A stretch of 63,994 nt of DNA, counting the filler, from Bigelowiella natans CCMP2755 (lineage: Eukaryota; Protista; Cercozoa), in the NCBI GenBank assembly GCA_000320545.1. It is 8 parts of 8 records of this genome, joined end to end, with 100 filler letters (N's around TTAATTAATTAA, not from the genome) between each part and the next. Parts side by side here need not be neighbours in the genome. Positions count along the whole stretch, not along the records: positions 48,729 to 55,264 come from ADNK01000736.1; positions 55,365 to 60,094 come from ADNK01000052.1; positions 60,195 to 62,892 come from ADNK01002321.1; positions 62,993 to 63,994 come from ADNK01001049.1; 4 more parts are not named here. One strand, written 5' to 3'. The position numbers and the translations under genes are program-made. The notes below the pieces were generated by a model. The model saw only the letters and a program-made list of their open reading frames with translations. It made no database searches and was not told the DNA's origin. Positions 51,396-63,994 of the stretch are shown here, in pieces. Position 1 is the stretch's first letter; each line of letters starts with the position of its first letter.

Positions 51396-52329
51396 AATAT
51401 ATATACTATATTTATGTATATATACGTCACAGCCAACGCAATAAATGAGCGTATGCATTATTGTCAAAAAAGGAAGTACCTACCTCAGGCTTTAAACACA
51501 ATGCTCACGGGGCTCCTAAATTGTGGTGGGAAGCAGGCCAAACAGGTACGTCCTTACATGCGAACGATGACAACTTAACTTTCGATGTCCCAAGCAATAA
51601 AAAATAATAAAAAGCAAACAAAGCAACAAAACTAAGGAGTATTATTGTGAGAAATTCTGGCAGTGAGGAGCACCTGCGATTTGCGCCTGCAGCACAGCAA
51701 AATTAACCGCATCGAAGAGTCGTCGCTAGTCGGGCAACGACTTTTGCATTGCCGTGTGCAAAACGCGAAAACTAGGATATTTTTCGCCGGCGTTTAAACC
51801 AATCCCCTTTGTAATTCTCACAACCCAGAGTGACCCTCGACGACAGATGTGACCTATCTTGATGTTCTTCCATGTCTTCAGCACAAAAATCGCCGACGCA
51901 CGCTACGACGGCAGATTGAGAAGGTGCAATGGCATTTCTTATGCTGTCCTTCCACCCGCTACCTGACAAAATCCACGAAAGATGATGCCTGCACGCTTCC
52001 AACCCCCCCCCCCCCCCCCCTCCTTCCCCGGGCGGCATTGGAGCAACTAGTTCTCACCCGTTGAATCCTTACTGCAGATCGAGAAGCGAATAGCGGCGGT
52101 GAAGAAGGAAGCCGAAACAAAGGAGGCTATGGCTAATAATACTGAATGTCGCGAAGATTGTAGTGTTGCGCGGCACGTTGGTTCATCTGGAGCAGAGGCC
52201 TGTGGTACAGGATCAGCTACTCCTTCGATAGCATCGTCAAGACCTCCTTGCCGGACTTGCAATAGATTAGGTGTTGATCTACGAATGAGTGCGAGGTTGC
52301 GCCTCTGTCTGATCTCGTTTGTGCGTGTA

Positions 52330-52370
<41 letters not shown>

Positions 52371-52411
52371 GGCTTGTGTGCGCGCGCGTGTGTTTGTGTG
52401 TGTGTGAGTGC

Positions 52412-52465
<54 letters not shown>

Positions 52466-52743
52466 GAGAGCGAGCGAGATATGCTGGCTATGCCGCCCAT
52501 ATTGGTGTAGTTTAAAAAAGAAATCCTATTTGATTGATCCTCCAGATTGTGATGGAAGGTGCTGGGGATTCTGGGCAGGCAAAAGCAGGTGAGTGCATTT
52601 GGTTTATATAGCCTCACACACGCGGCAGATACTGATGACCTCTTCCCTTACCTGATGGCAGGCCTTGGAAAAGGAGGAAACCAACAACGAACTCAGACAA
52701 AAATGAAGAAAACACATCTACTGAAGAGGAAGTCAAACGTTAG
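49193..52743 (+). CDS. TSTD2 / TrhO (YceA, UPF0176) rhodanese-domain protein, 3' part
   Basis: KGKNVMMYCTG|GIRCETASAYLRQK|GVERVAQLQ|GGIHAYLEEF...FK|GKNFVFDQR, then VVGRCSLC, and a C-terminal CDGRCWGFW. Confidence 0.85.
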
Positions 52744-53587
52744 CGTGTGTGCCGTTTGTCACAGCAGCGAATGATGAATCAGAGTGCATAGCGTGACAGA
52801 GGTCTACGGGGGAAAATCTAAGTTAAGATGACTGCTCATAGATCAATGCCAATCAATATATTGACCATCCTGAAGATGTATGTACTTTATGCCCTGTGCG
52901 TTTATGAGACGCATGGATTTGATGCTAGCGTAATTACGCACGCGCACCCAGTTGATGTTGTACAATGCTAGCAACGCCCACGCGCGCACACACATGTTAT
53001 TGCGCTGGCCTCCCATGCGTGCGTGAGATGTCCATCTTTCGTGCAAGCGAGAAGAAGTTTCTAGACGAGCATTGAGTGTATACGGAAAGCAAAGTCCCAC
53101 ATAAAGCTTGCGTGTTTACAGTCAAATATATGATCAAAATTAAGATGATTAACGGCACGGTCATACATGCTAGCTATGCTCATGCATGTGTGCGGCTATA
53201 TAAGGATAAGCATTGTTGAAATGTAATTTGGTTGCACGTGTGCAAAAATACGCGGCAGCAAAAAGAATTTACAATCGCTGCTGCTTTGTGCGGCATGCAT
53301 AGTAAGATGCACATTCATGAATACATGTTGAGATCGCAACAATGACATGAAAAGTGCACATGTTACGTTTGTAGCTACAGGCTGAGGTTGGTCCCTGCTT
53401 CGGATAAACTAGACAACCTAGACTCAAAGGCAAAGTGTTATCTACACCTGAGGGCATGTTCGGTGCCTACTATAGTGTGCCATGGCCTACTTGTCTTGTA
53501 CTCGAAAATTATTATGCTGGCGCTCACTGTGGCCACATCGACTACTACTTTGATTGCGGCGAGCGGTTCATCATTAAAGTTTATATT

Positions 53588-53629
<42 letters not shown>

Positions 53630-54200
53630 AATATTTTAGATAGAAATATGTATGTCTTATATTTGAGGTAAGAGTGAGTGGGGTCAATATATTTCACCAC
53701 CATCATCATAAAGAAATTTCGAGGTGTCTTCTAACTCACTTCCACCGAAGGGATTTGCCTCGTCCTCTGTTGCATTACCAAATGGGAGAGGGGTGAAAAA
53801 CAGTACAAGGGAGGGAGGGGGGGGGCGGGATCATCACTTATACCTATTCTCTCGTTTGCCTCAGCCTTCTCACGATGACCACCGAATCCTCCTCCTCCTC
53901 CTCCAACTCCTCCTCCTCCTCGTCTATTGCCTCTTTCTTCTACAGTCCGGAGTAAAAGGGCCTCATCAAACAGGTTGATCACGCACAGAACAACCTGAAA
54001 TCATCATCCATCACCCACATCGGTGGTTAGTTTCACCGGGAGGGGCCTCAAGCAAACATTCGTTCATCGGTGACAGCAGAAACAGAAGCTTGTGTGCTCA
54101 CCATCGATGCTGCCGTGAGGATGGGGACGGTGAGGCTGCTCAACTGAAGATGAAAAGAACGAAGGAAGTAGGCGGGGAGGGCGAAAGTAACTAAACAAAC

Positions 54201-54233
<33 letters not shown>

Positions 54234-54271
54234 GTCATCGTCATCGTCATCGTTATCATCACTATCACCAC

Positions 54272-54307
<36 letters not shown>

Positions 54308-54672
54308 TAATCGGAGAGCATTCATGAGACCCGACGTGTCGTCAGTAAACAAACCAGATACGTGGTGGGACAACAGCATTTTCTATGGCACTTACCGAGT
54401 CGGATGGGAGGAGGAAGGAGGCAATGGCAAAACCCGCCTGAACCCACATCTGTTCCGAAAATGTACACCATACATTCTGTGCGTTACTTTCACATCGTTG
54501 ATCGTGGAGAATGCGCTATGCGGTTTACGAGCGGGTGGTGGGTGGGGGTTGAAGAGGCAGTCGGCTGTTGGTCAACCACCTGCATACGAAAGACGTTGAT
54601 GACGATGGAGGCCCTCCTTCTTTCTTGGTGAAGCAGCAAGAGCCGCACCTAGGTAGATTGTGTGCTCGAGTC

Positions 54673-54714
<42 letters not shown>

Positions 54715-55379
54715 CTAACAGCAAGCACTGATGGCCGTTGCTTTTGTACTATCTTATCCGAAAGATAAAGGGAACATGCTGCACTTTCTGTTTGCCCGTC
54801 TCCCCCAAGTTCTTCCTCCTCCTCTTCTTCTCCATCATCATATTCATCGTCATCATCGATGTTTCATGTGGATGATCATCGTCCGTACGTATGGTATATG
54901 ATGAAGATGCCTCATGAGGATATCGGCCAGGAGCACAGATGAGAAACCGTAGCAGGTCAGCTGCTGCGCCCAGTAGTGCTGCACGCTTCGGACGGAGTTG
55001 ATCTCACCTAAATGCCGTTTTGGAAGGGGAGAAGGGGGGGAGGGGGAGGGGGGGGAGGCAGACTAACACATAGTCAGATTGTATTCTTGTGATCACTCCC
55101 AAGACGAAAATACAACCAAATCTATCTAGGGTGGGGAGGGCTGATGATTTTTCTGTGGAGGAAGTTGCTTTCGATTCCCGTCCCTCGGGGCGTTCTTTTT
55201 ATTTTCCCCATCCCCTCTACAAAAGTTTATGGATGTGAATGTTCAGTGTGTATTAGGGGAGGATNNNNNNNNNNNNNNNNNNNNNNNNNNNNNNNNNNNN
55301 NNNNNNNNTTAATTAATTAANNNNNNNNNNNNNNNNNNNNNNNNNNNNNNNNNNNNNNNNNNNNATATAGAGAGTGTGT

Positions 55380-55442
<63 letters not shown>

Positions 55443-55443
55443 T

Positions 55444-55476
<33 letters not shown>

Positions 55477-55689
55477 AGTGCGCGCCCGAGCTTCCATAAT
55501 ACACCTTACCTCCCCCCCCCCCCCCCCCTTTTTTCTAAACAGACACTCTCGAAAGCCTTCCTATCAGAGCAAGACGCTTCAGCTTGTACACCTTTACAGA
55601 CAACAACACGCACGCACACCCCTCCCCCCAGAATAGATCATAAACAAACGATTGATTATATTTACTTAAATAATTTTATATACTGACAC

Positions 55690-55734
<45 letters not shown>

Positions 55735-55779
55735 GTGTGTGTGTGTGTGTGTGTGCACGCAAACATATTAAAAAGATGA

Positions 55780-56855
55780 CACCTAGTGCATGAAGTCCTC
55801 CGAAACTCTCTCCCATTATTAATGGACGCGCGTCTGAGCTGGCCTTTGGGTTTTCCTTCTTTTCCATCATATTCATCTCTGTAGACGTTTGCAGGTTCCT
55901 CACCAAATTTGACGTAATAGCTACTCGATCAGCGAAAGACGAGCGATCCTGAGGGTCCACGAACTCCACCCAAACGTCGTAGTTCCGAGTCAAATCCTCA
56001 TGCTGAAATCTAATCGAAAGCGAGATCAGGGGAATGGGGGGGTGTTTCAGGGACATTGGTGGTTCTTGAGGGGACGCAGCATAGGCATTTGAATATCCCC
56101 TCCACATCTTCCTCTCCCTCTCCTACTCATTTCCTCCTCTCTCCCCGACAAAACTTGTTCTTCACGCTCCTCATTCCCCAACCTCCCCCCTTCTTTCCCT
56201 CCTTCTTTCACCTGAGGGTTGATGCAGAGCCATCGACTCCAGGGAGGAACAACAAGGGCTGCTTCCCATCGGAGAGCTCTGCCATTATCTGCACGGGATC
56301 TTGGTCCGCTGTTGTGAATTTGGCCGAAGTACCCGTCGTACTCTCCTTGCTCCCTATTCTCGCAACATATGCGTGCGGTCCAGTCTGAAAAATGCACTTC
56401 ACAAGGCGTGGGGATTCCAGTGAGATTCTCTGCGACAGTTCCCAGCGCATGGCGTGGTAGGCCTCGTTGCGGACAGGGCGGAGGGGTGGTGCGGCCTTAG
56501 CTGCACCTTGTGCTTCCCTCTGATTCTTCCCCGTCTCGCCTTCGACAGCCGTAGAAGAAGACTTCGTTGATGACAACGGTGACGGTGTAGAGTCAGCCTT
56601 CGAGGCGAGAGTTGCCGGTAGTAAGCGCCTCCTGCTCGAACAACGGCGCTGGCGAAGAGGGGAAGGTGGGGTACCGCTTCTAGAGCGCGGCGGGACGAAG
56701 AAGTCAACTGCCATCCTCTGACGAGCGCTATCGCGTCCACCATACGCCCTTCGAACGCGTGCGGGTGTGTTTGAGTGTAGCCCTACGAGGAAGACGATGG
56801 TGCAGGCCGTGACGGCGACCACGAGCCTGGACCACACGTCTCGGGAGGGCACCAT
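55780..56855 (-). CDS. Esterase/lipase (ELT / phytyl-ester-synthase N-terminal-like alpha/beta hydrolase) with a bipartite presequence; probably continues across the gap to about 53400
   Basis: Signal LVVAVTACTIVFLVGL followed by an R/S-rich transit peptide; motifs PLLFLPGVDGS, QHEDLTRNYDVW, DRSSF and IMGESFGGLHALG (GxSxG). Confidence 0.75.
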
Positions 56856-57612
56856 TTCTTCTGGTTTTCAGTGCGTTTTGTTGTCTGAGCCATCATGTTG
56901 TGTCGCAGAACAGAAATCATGGCCGTTTTTGGTCGAATAGATTTCATACTATTTCCCTTGTTTTCTGGGAGCATTGTGATGCAGCGACAAGCAACAACCG
57001 CTACAACAACTACGAAAACAACAAAAACAACTGCGTCCATGCTGAAGACGACATGACCATTGCAGAAGTCGCATGGAGGAAATGCCAAGCTTTTTGGCTA
57101 ATGATGATTTCTACAATTCTGCTTTCCCGGAATTCTCGGGAGGCCTCAAAACCTTTCTTTCTTTCTCCTTTCTTTTGAAGCCCGTGAGCTCACGCTCAAC
57201 CCTCGACCTGGCCTGAGACAAATTGTTGCAGCGCAGCAAGTTGTCTGTGCATCGTGTTGCATGTCAAATTGTCATGAATGTTTCAATGTTTCAATCAATG
57301 TTTCTTTTCAAATTGGCACATCATGTTGAGCGCAATTGTGTCGCAAAGCGATCGCATCAATGACACGTTCTCACATCACGTGCACGCAAATTGTGTGGGT
57401 AGAGAGCAACACATGTCCACGATGTTCAAATCGTTGTCAGTGAGCGGTCTCATCTTGCTAATCCCCGCCGCTTGTGCATCCATTCATCGTCATCATGGCT
57501 GCTTCGCGCACTTGCATGTGTCGCTTGGGCTCAGCTTGATCTCGTTCTTGCACATCACATCAATGTCTAGATGTGAACACATCCCATAGGTTGATGACGC
57601 TAGAAAATCTCA

Positions 57613-58099
57613 TCACAAGCGATGTTTTCCATGCACCAGCACCGTGTTGGGCGAGTGGGCTAGTACCGTTTCCTCAGTCCACTCAGAGAGCCAGTTCTGC
57701 ATCAAATCGGTGTAGTGGAATTTGTGCCCGTAGCGCTGGAAATTCCGAAATCTCTCAGGCTCGTGTAAGAACGCGTGCAGCATGGCATCTGGAGGCGCAC
57801 GAGGGAACTCGCGACGCACGGCGCGCAGTAGATCTAGGAAGCAGGGATCTAGTCGGTAGATTCCAGCCGTATTCATGTGGTAATGGTGTGTTGCAACCAT
57901 TGATGTGCTTCCCATGAGGGGCATCTGGCTTGGGCCTTTACGCCAAAACCCCCGCGGGTAGCGGCATTCCTCCACCACGCGCTCTGCCCAGCCTCTCCGG
58001 ACCGCAAACACGTCCGTTTCGTGCCACAGCATGAAATCGTACGATGAGCGCAGGAATGATCCGGCACCACCCTCGTTATCGGGTCCTTTGTCGCCCCTC

Positions 58100-58134
<35 letters not shown>

Positions 58135-58469
58135 TCGATCTCCTCCCAGAAGCAATCCGTAGAATAGGTTATTGGGGCCAGTGTTGTCCCATCTTGGTTC
58201 GATATTTAATGATAGTAATGATTTGTATATATTTTATTTCGCAAGAAATCATCAGCAAGATCTCACACGCCATCAGCGACGATATGGGCATATTACTTAT
58301 GTGCCAATTGTTGTGTGCATGTTTCTCCCCACTGACATCTCCCCCCCCCTGTTCCTCTCTCTCTCTTTCTCTTTCTCTCTCTCTCTCTCTCCCTCTCTCT
58401 CTCTCTCAGCGTGTGGGAACGTGCTAATAGTATACGTCTGCATGTAGGTGTACACATGTCCACGATATA

Positions 58470-58504
<35 letters not shown>

Positions 58505-59110
58505 CATTTTTTTTTTCAGTACCCGCCACGATAAAACTCTTGCTCGGCTGTAAGGCCAGCACACCGGACAAAGATTCTCCGAAAGCATCCCGACGAGGTC
58601 ACATGGTCTGTGGTGAGGGACTCTACCAGCGATGCAACCCAGGAGGGAAGCTCCTCTCTTGAGCGTGAGAAGTACAGAATGACGTCCAAAGCATGCTCCG
58701 ACGAGGAGGAAGCTGAAGAGCAAGGCTGGTGCTTGTTCCACGACTTCAAACTTGCCTGAAGATTTTTTAAAGGTGCTTTTGTTTTTCCTTCTATTCTCTC
58801 CTTTCTATCTTCTTATTCTAGCATGCTTATCAAAGAAAGCGCTGATGAAAATTTTCTTCCAGTAGAGTCTTTTTGGGTCAACAACCCCAAGGACAAAGCC
58901 ATCAGCGCATTAGCATCGTCGAAACAAAGAACAAACCATCGCTATTTATTGTTATTTTGGGAGTGTTTTGCAGCACCAATATGCGCTCTCTTTCAGTCGG
59001 AACGAAAGGTATCACCTAGAGTTGTGAGTGTGAGCGTGTGTGTGTGTGTGCGTGTGTGTGCGCGCGCGCGCGCGTCGACTGTGTGGCAGATATGTGCATG
59101 ATATCGATAT

Positions 59111-59141
<31 letters not shown>

Positions 59142-59450
59142 AATAATTATGGTGATGGTGGTAACCACGACGATATATATTGGGTATGATGACTATAACT
59201 TCAAGGTGATGATAAAAATACATATATCTACTACTTCCTCCAAAAACACATAATAATAATGCACATAGTACGTCTCATAAAACAATCTTTCTCTCCGATA
59301 TCATCATCGTCATCATCGTCATCATCATCATCATCATCATCTATGTATTGTTCTACAATTGCGATTCTAGGATGCTGGATCAGAGGGTCAGGCGTATATA
59401 ACTCCTGTGGGCTCTTCTTGCCACTGCTGCTCTTTCCACCCTCCCCCGTT
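57613..59450 (-). CDS. Putative glycosyltransferase-like protein of unknown family (5' exons uncertain)
   Basis: The last exon YDFMLWHETDV...GW...FW..G...HMNTAGIY...HYTDLMQN...LVHGK* has an ExD motif after a hydrophobic strand, as in GT-A folds. Upstream exons are bounded by GT-AG. Confidence 0.45.
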
Positions 59451-59852
59451 CTCTTCGAGCAGACGAAATCTGGAGGCGTGGGCTGGGTAGTAAGAGGGAG
59501 GGAGGGGGGGGGGAGGGGGGGGGGAGGAGGGCGAATATTCGAAGGAGGAGTTAAGCACACATGCGTACACGATTCTTACATCAGCAGCAAAGAACACTCA
59601 CTATTGATAAACATCAAGAGCTCATAATCGTTCACGACTCACAGATGCGCCGAAGGCGTTTATTCTTGCCAGATGCCTCTGGAGAAGATACGCCTAAAGC
59701 GATAGAAAGAAACGCATCACGCAACCGCACCAAAGCATGGAAGGAAAAGCACCGGCAGATGCGGGCACGAAGATGTCGTTCACCACAAAGCATGATGTTC
59801 ATTGCATACTTGGCGGAGGAAGAAGTATGATGATTACAAATCCAGTAGAGGG

Positions 59853-59883
<31 letters not shown>

Positions 59884-60055
59884 GGAGAGGGGAAGAGGGG
59901 GAGAGGGAAATGGGAGAGAGCGGACCTCGGAGTGTGTATGTGCTCCGGATTCAATCGCCGAAGATAGTATTGCCTCAAGCTCCTAGAGGCGAAAACGACG
60001 ACGACGAAGACACGACAATATTAAGGAAGAAGAAGAAAGAGAAGTGCAGATACTA

Positions 60056-60094
<39 letters not shown>

Positions 60095-60604
60095 NNNNNN
60101 NNNNNNNNNNNNNNNNNNNNNNNNNNNNNNNNNNNNNNTTAATTAATTAANNNNNNNNNNNNNNNNNNNNNNNNNNNNNNNNNNNNNNNNNNNNCCCCCC
60201 CCCCCCCCTCTTTTTCCTTTATCAAAAAAAAAAACCCGCCTTTGTAAAAAAAACATTAGGGGTCCTTTCCCACTTGCTTTTTTCACGTTTCGGGTCCCAT
60301 AATAATATGGGGGCCATGAGGGGGGGGGTTACTTTTTTTCTCCCCCCCCCCCCCCCCCCTCTTCACAGTCACTGCTGGAACATCGCCATGGCAGAAAAGC
60401 CTTCTCTAGGTGCCTTCCTGCAGATGATTGCACGGAACTCCCCTCCCCTTCCTATGCGCGATGGTCGTTGTCCTCAAATACGTGGAGATAACAACAGCAG
60501 CAGCCACCACCATCATCACGAGTTGACGATTCGGAAGGAAGGCGGCACACGGTAGCCAGAGGTTCCAAATCGCTTTTGGGAGCGGGAAGATAGTATTGGG
60601 GGGG

Positions 60605-60640
<36 letters not shown>

Positions 60641-60643
<3 letters not shown>

Positions 60644-60664
60644 CTTCCAGAAGTGTGTCCAATG

Positions 60665-60704
<40 letters not shown>

Positions 60705-60728
60705 CTTCCAGAAGTGTGTCCAATGCTA
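60641..60728. repeat. Tandem duplication of a 27-bp unit, each copy preceded by (TA)n
   Basis: TAACTTCCAGAAGTGTGTCCAATGCTA occurs at about 60641 and 60702. Confidence 0.9.
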
Positions 60729-63079
60729 CTGTGATGCTACCGAGAAGATAAGCCGATGATAACTATTCAAGGTACGGCTTCTACCCGAGCGTCTCACGCG
60801 GTCCAGTGGACATCTCGCAGGCAAAAAAGGTAGCTTCTGCTCAGAGCTTGCCGTTCGGTATTATAATATTGTCGCAGTGCAAGTGAAGCACTCGACGATT
60901 TCTGGCTTTGGCATTGATAACAGCGCTACATTGCACTGCCCACTTGTGTGTCTAAATGAGAAGAGAGGCGCATAAATGTGAGGAGCGTTCACTAGAATAA
61001 CCGCTTTCAGCTCGATATTCTCCCCTTTAAACGGCCCGCGTTCTTTTCGATCACACGCACACACAGGCGCTTAGGTGGTCCCCGGCGTTCCCCATGGATG
61101 TCGCGGTGCGGAAGACATGTGCGTTCTTTGAGTCGGCGGAGAGGCGATTCCCAGAAGACTTGAAAGACGCAGTCAAGAATTTGCCCGGGAAAGTTCGAAG
61201 AGCTGTTCGGGCCGCGATGCAGAGGAGCAAAATACGGGGCAAGGAAAGGCGCCGGGGATGATGGGAGCCATCACACGCACAGCATTGATATCATCTAGTT
61301 ATGCGTGCGTTGTCGCTGAAAACACTGCAGTCATAGCCAGTCGCATGCGGTGCTCAGGGGTTGTTGACAGTGAAATCGCTTTGCATATGAATGTCGGCCT
61401 GAACTAATGTTGGCCTAGATCTACCCAACTGTACAATCATCCTTTATCGCTCGAGCGACGTGCTTCTGAGGGACCAAGAATTAATAAGCGGCTGCTGCGA
61501 TTATTAGCGGCGCCTGCGCATACATACACACTCACCCATCAGTGCGTGTGCATTGCATAATACATACGCTTTTGCAAGCATGCTAGCATGCTGCAAACAA
61601 GAAAGTCAGGATGAGCGCACACGATGCTCTCTCGCGACGTGCAGGGGGGGATCCTTCCTAGCTTCTTTGTATATGGACATATATGTCCCTATACGTTTGG
61701 CATGTTGTTCGATGCCTGCAAAGCAGCTCGCAATTGTGTCAGAAACATGACGAATTCATCACGAACTCGTGATGACGCAATGGCTCATGAATGCATCGCA
61801 CGCGTGCGCAGGTCGTCACATATTGCTAACATCTATAGCCACTCAGGTTATTAGCGTGAATACATGTCCATCAATCATAGACGCTGATAATGTAGTTATG
61901 ATGTCGTACCTCGGTAAAATAGTTAGCACTAGATTCGCTCTACCCATGGCATGACATCAGCAGCTATTTATGTGATGCAAGAGAATGGCTATGATGGCAA
62001 CGATGCAATATGAGTAGCTGTGCTTAGAGTTTAGATGTTCATCCTTGATCTACTGCAGGTTGCTGCTGCGTCACACAGTGTATCCCTCCACCTGACAACA
62101 AGTTGGGGCAACAACAACAACAACAACAACAACAATTCCCTATCACTTCTCTTTCCTCAAATTCGCTCGATTCAAACAGCTTTCTATCATTGACCTCCGT
62201 AGGCAACGCCGTCGATGTTGACCTGCACGACTTTGTAGTAACACACCGCAACGGCCACAGTATCACAGAAGTCAATGAGCACCAGACAGTGAGGATGGGG
62301 GGAAAATAACGCATCTATAACTGAAACGCTCTCACCCGTCCTCGAAGGGAAAAACTTCTGCACGATTGTCTTCGCTTGCTCGTCGGCCTGAGTAGATGTG
62401 AGTCAGTATGGTTTGCTGCCTGCACCCGTGAACAGATGAAGCGGCAAAACCTGAGGAAAACCATTGGGAAAATGCCCAGCGCCTACCCCCCCCCCCCAAA
62501 AGCTCCACCCGCCAGATTGCATTTCTTTCGAACTATCTCCTGGTGTTTAACACATACAGGATGGACGCCTTTTCAAGCGCTAATTGGGCCCTCCTGGCTC
62601 CTGTGGGTCATTTTTCCAGGGGAAAATGTTTCTTTCACCCCCTACCCCACCCCCTCCACCCCACCCACCACCAAATAAACACCCTTTCGCTTTGACTTTC
62701 CCCCCCCACCAAAATTTTTAAAAAAAAATAAAGCCTCCACCTTTGGATTCCCCGAAACCCGGATTTACCCCACCTCCTTTGCCTTTGGAAAAAAAAAACA
62801 CATAGATTCTTTAGAGAATAAGAGACAGGGAGAAAAAGAGAGAGAGCGTTTAAAAAGGGGATGGGGGGGGGGGGGGGGGGGGGCATTCCCCTNNNNNNNN
62901 NNNNNNNNNNNNNNNNNNNNNNNNNNNNNNNNNNNNTTAATTAATTAANNNNNNNNNNNNNNNNNNNNNNNNNNNNNNNNNNNNNNNNNNNNCCCAATAC
63001 GAACACACACTCTCTAAAATGGTTTCGTAGTAACCCCCTGCCACATACCCTTTCCCCCCCCCCCCCCCCCCTCACCTTT

Positions 63080-63994
63080 CGGTCAAACGCGCTGTGACGT
63101 GATGGTTGCGAATGGCGACAGGCACTGGGAAGCGAAATCACCACCCCGGCGCACAACGGAGTGGTTCAGAAGTTTTTCGGCATGCTCGACTACCACATGG
63201 AAATCTGGGAGAACACGTTCTCCTTGGGGGATGGGGAGGGGACGATCCCGATCGATTTGCCGGCAAACCAGGTACGTGCTGCTCTCAACAACATGCACTA
63301 TAACACACACATACATGCACGCCGGGGAGAGAGGGGGGGGGGGGGGATGCCGTCTCTTCCTCCGATGAGAAGAGAGACGAAGAAGACGAGCGAGCGTTAG
63401 AATAATAGGGTAACGCAACTGCCTGAGCATTCACCAATGATCATCGTCGTAAGGTCTCCTCCCTCTGGCTAGCTGTCTTAAGAATCATGAGACATCTCGT
63501 GTCGTCTCGCGAGGCTCTCAAGAGTGCGCTGTTAGCCTTATCACCCCCGACCGAGGAAGAAATAGCGGCAGCTGGAGGGGGGCCCATTGACGTCACGAAT
63601 CATAGATTCTTCCTCTTCCTAGGTAGTAGCAGCAGCAGCAGCAGCAGCATGAAATTAGAGCGGCACGCTCGCGACGACGACGTTGATGAAAACTACGCTA
63701 CGCGTGTGTTCGAGATATTGATCATTTCACGCATGTTTCTCCGTGCCATTGCCGCATTGTTAACCATATCACCGTCATCATCATCATCACCACCATCATC
63801 ATCATCATCCACGTCCATAACATATCTTCCACGTACCAAACGCCCCTCCTCCTCCTCCTCCTCCTCCTCCTCCTCCTCCTCCTCGCTACTTAAACTAACA
63901 ATCACAGATAAAAGCCTGGAGAGCTCCCCGAGTGCCTCCTGCCGGCTGATGGCCCTGCAAGTGCTGCTGGCCTGGTACGCGATGACGGATCATG
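63080..63994 (+). CDS. Internal exons of an uncharacterised helical protein
   Basis: GT-AG-bounded open segments read VVQKFFGMLDYHMEIWENTF...LPANQ, NNRVTQLPEHSPMIIV, AVLRIMRHLVSSREALKSALL and SCRLMALQVLLAWYAM. Confidence 0.45.

Noticed and set aside
60400-62500. Possible minus-strand gene fragments at 60400-61280 and 62039-62480
   Set aside because: The sequence is coding-like, but I could not establish a consistent exon chain or a recognisable domain.

Overview
This is a gene-dense, intron-rich eukaryotic nuclear scaffold. Seven artificial 100-nt spacers (N-run, TTAATTAATTAA, N-run) join the contigs. A chlorophyll a/b-type LHCII protein with a long bipartite presequence (signal plus transit peptide) points to a secondary green-plastid alga, most likely a chlorarachniophyte such as Bigelowiella (inference). 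About 19 spliced or intronless genes were reconstructed by hand: a GnT-V-type Cys-rich C-terminus, a small 2-TM protein, a TraB-family protein, a Psb27-like lumenal protein, an ABHD13-like hydrolase, a mucin/SEA-like TM protein, sterol delta-7 reductase, an inverted pair of LHC genes, SAM-domain, coiled-coil, WD40, PPR and PB1-ankyrin proteins, DUF92/TMEM19, a Clu-domain protein, TSTD2/TrhO rhodanese, an esterase/lipase and a glycosyltransferase-like protein. Many are arranged as alternating divergent and convergent pairs. The most striking signal is compositional. Two blocks (about 32048-33846 and 35756-37258) contain no TpA dinucleotide by my reading and hold decayed repeat or retroelement DNA. 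Homologous repeat copies differ by TA versus TG/CA/CG at the same sites. Gene-downstream spacers show a partial version in which CTAG survives, while introns keep long perfect (TA)n tracts. This suggests a RIP-like, TpA-specific A-to-G hypermutation acting on repeats and non-transcribed DNA. All counts and alignments were made by eye.
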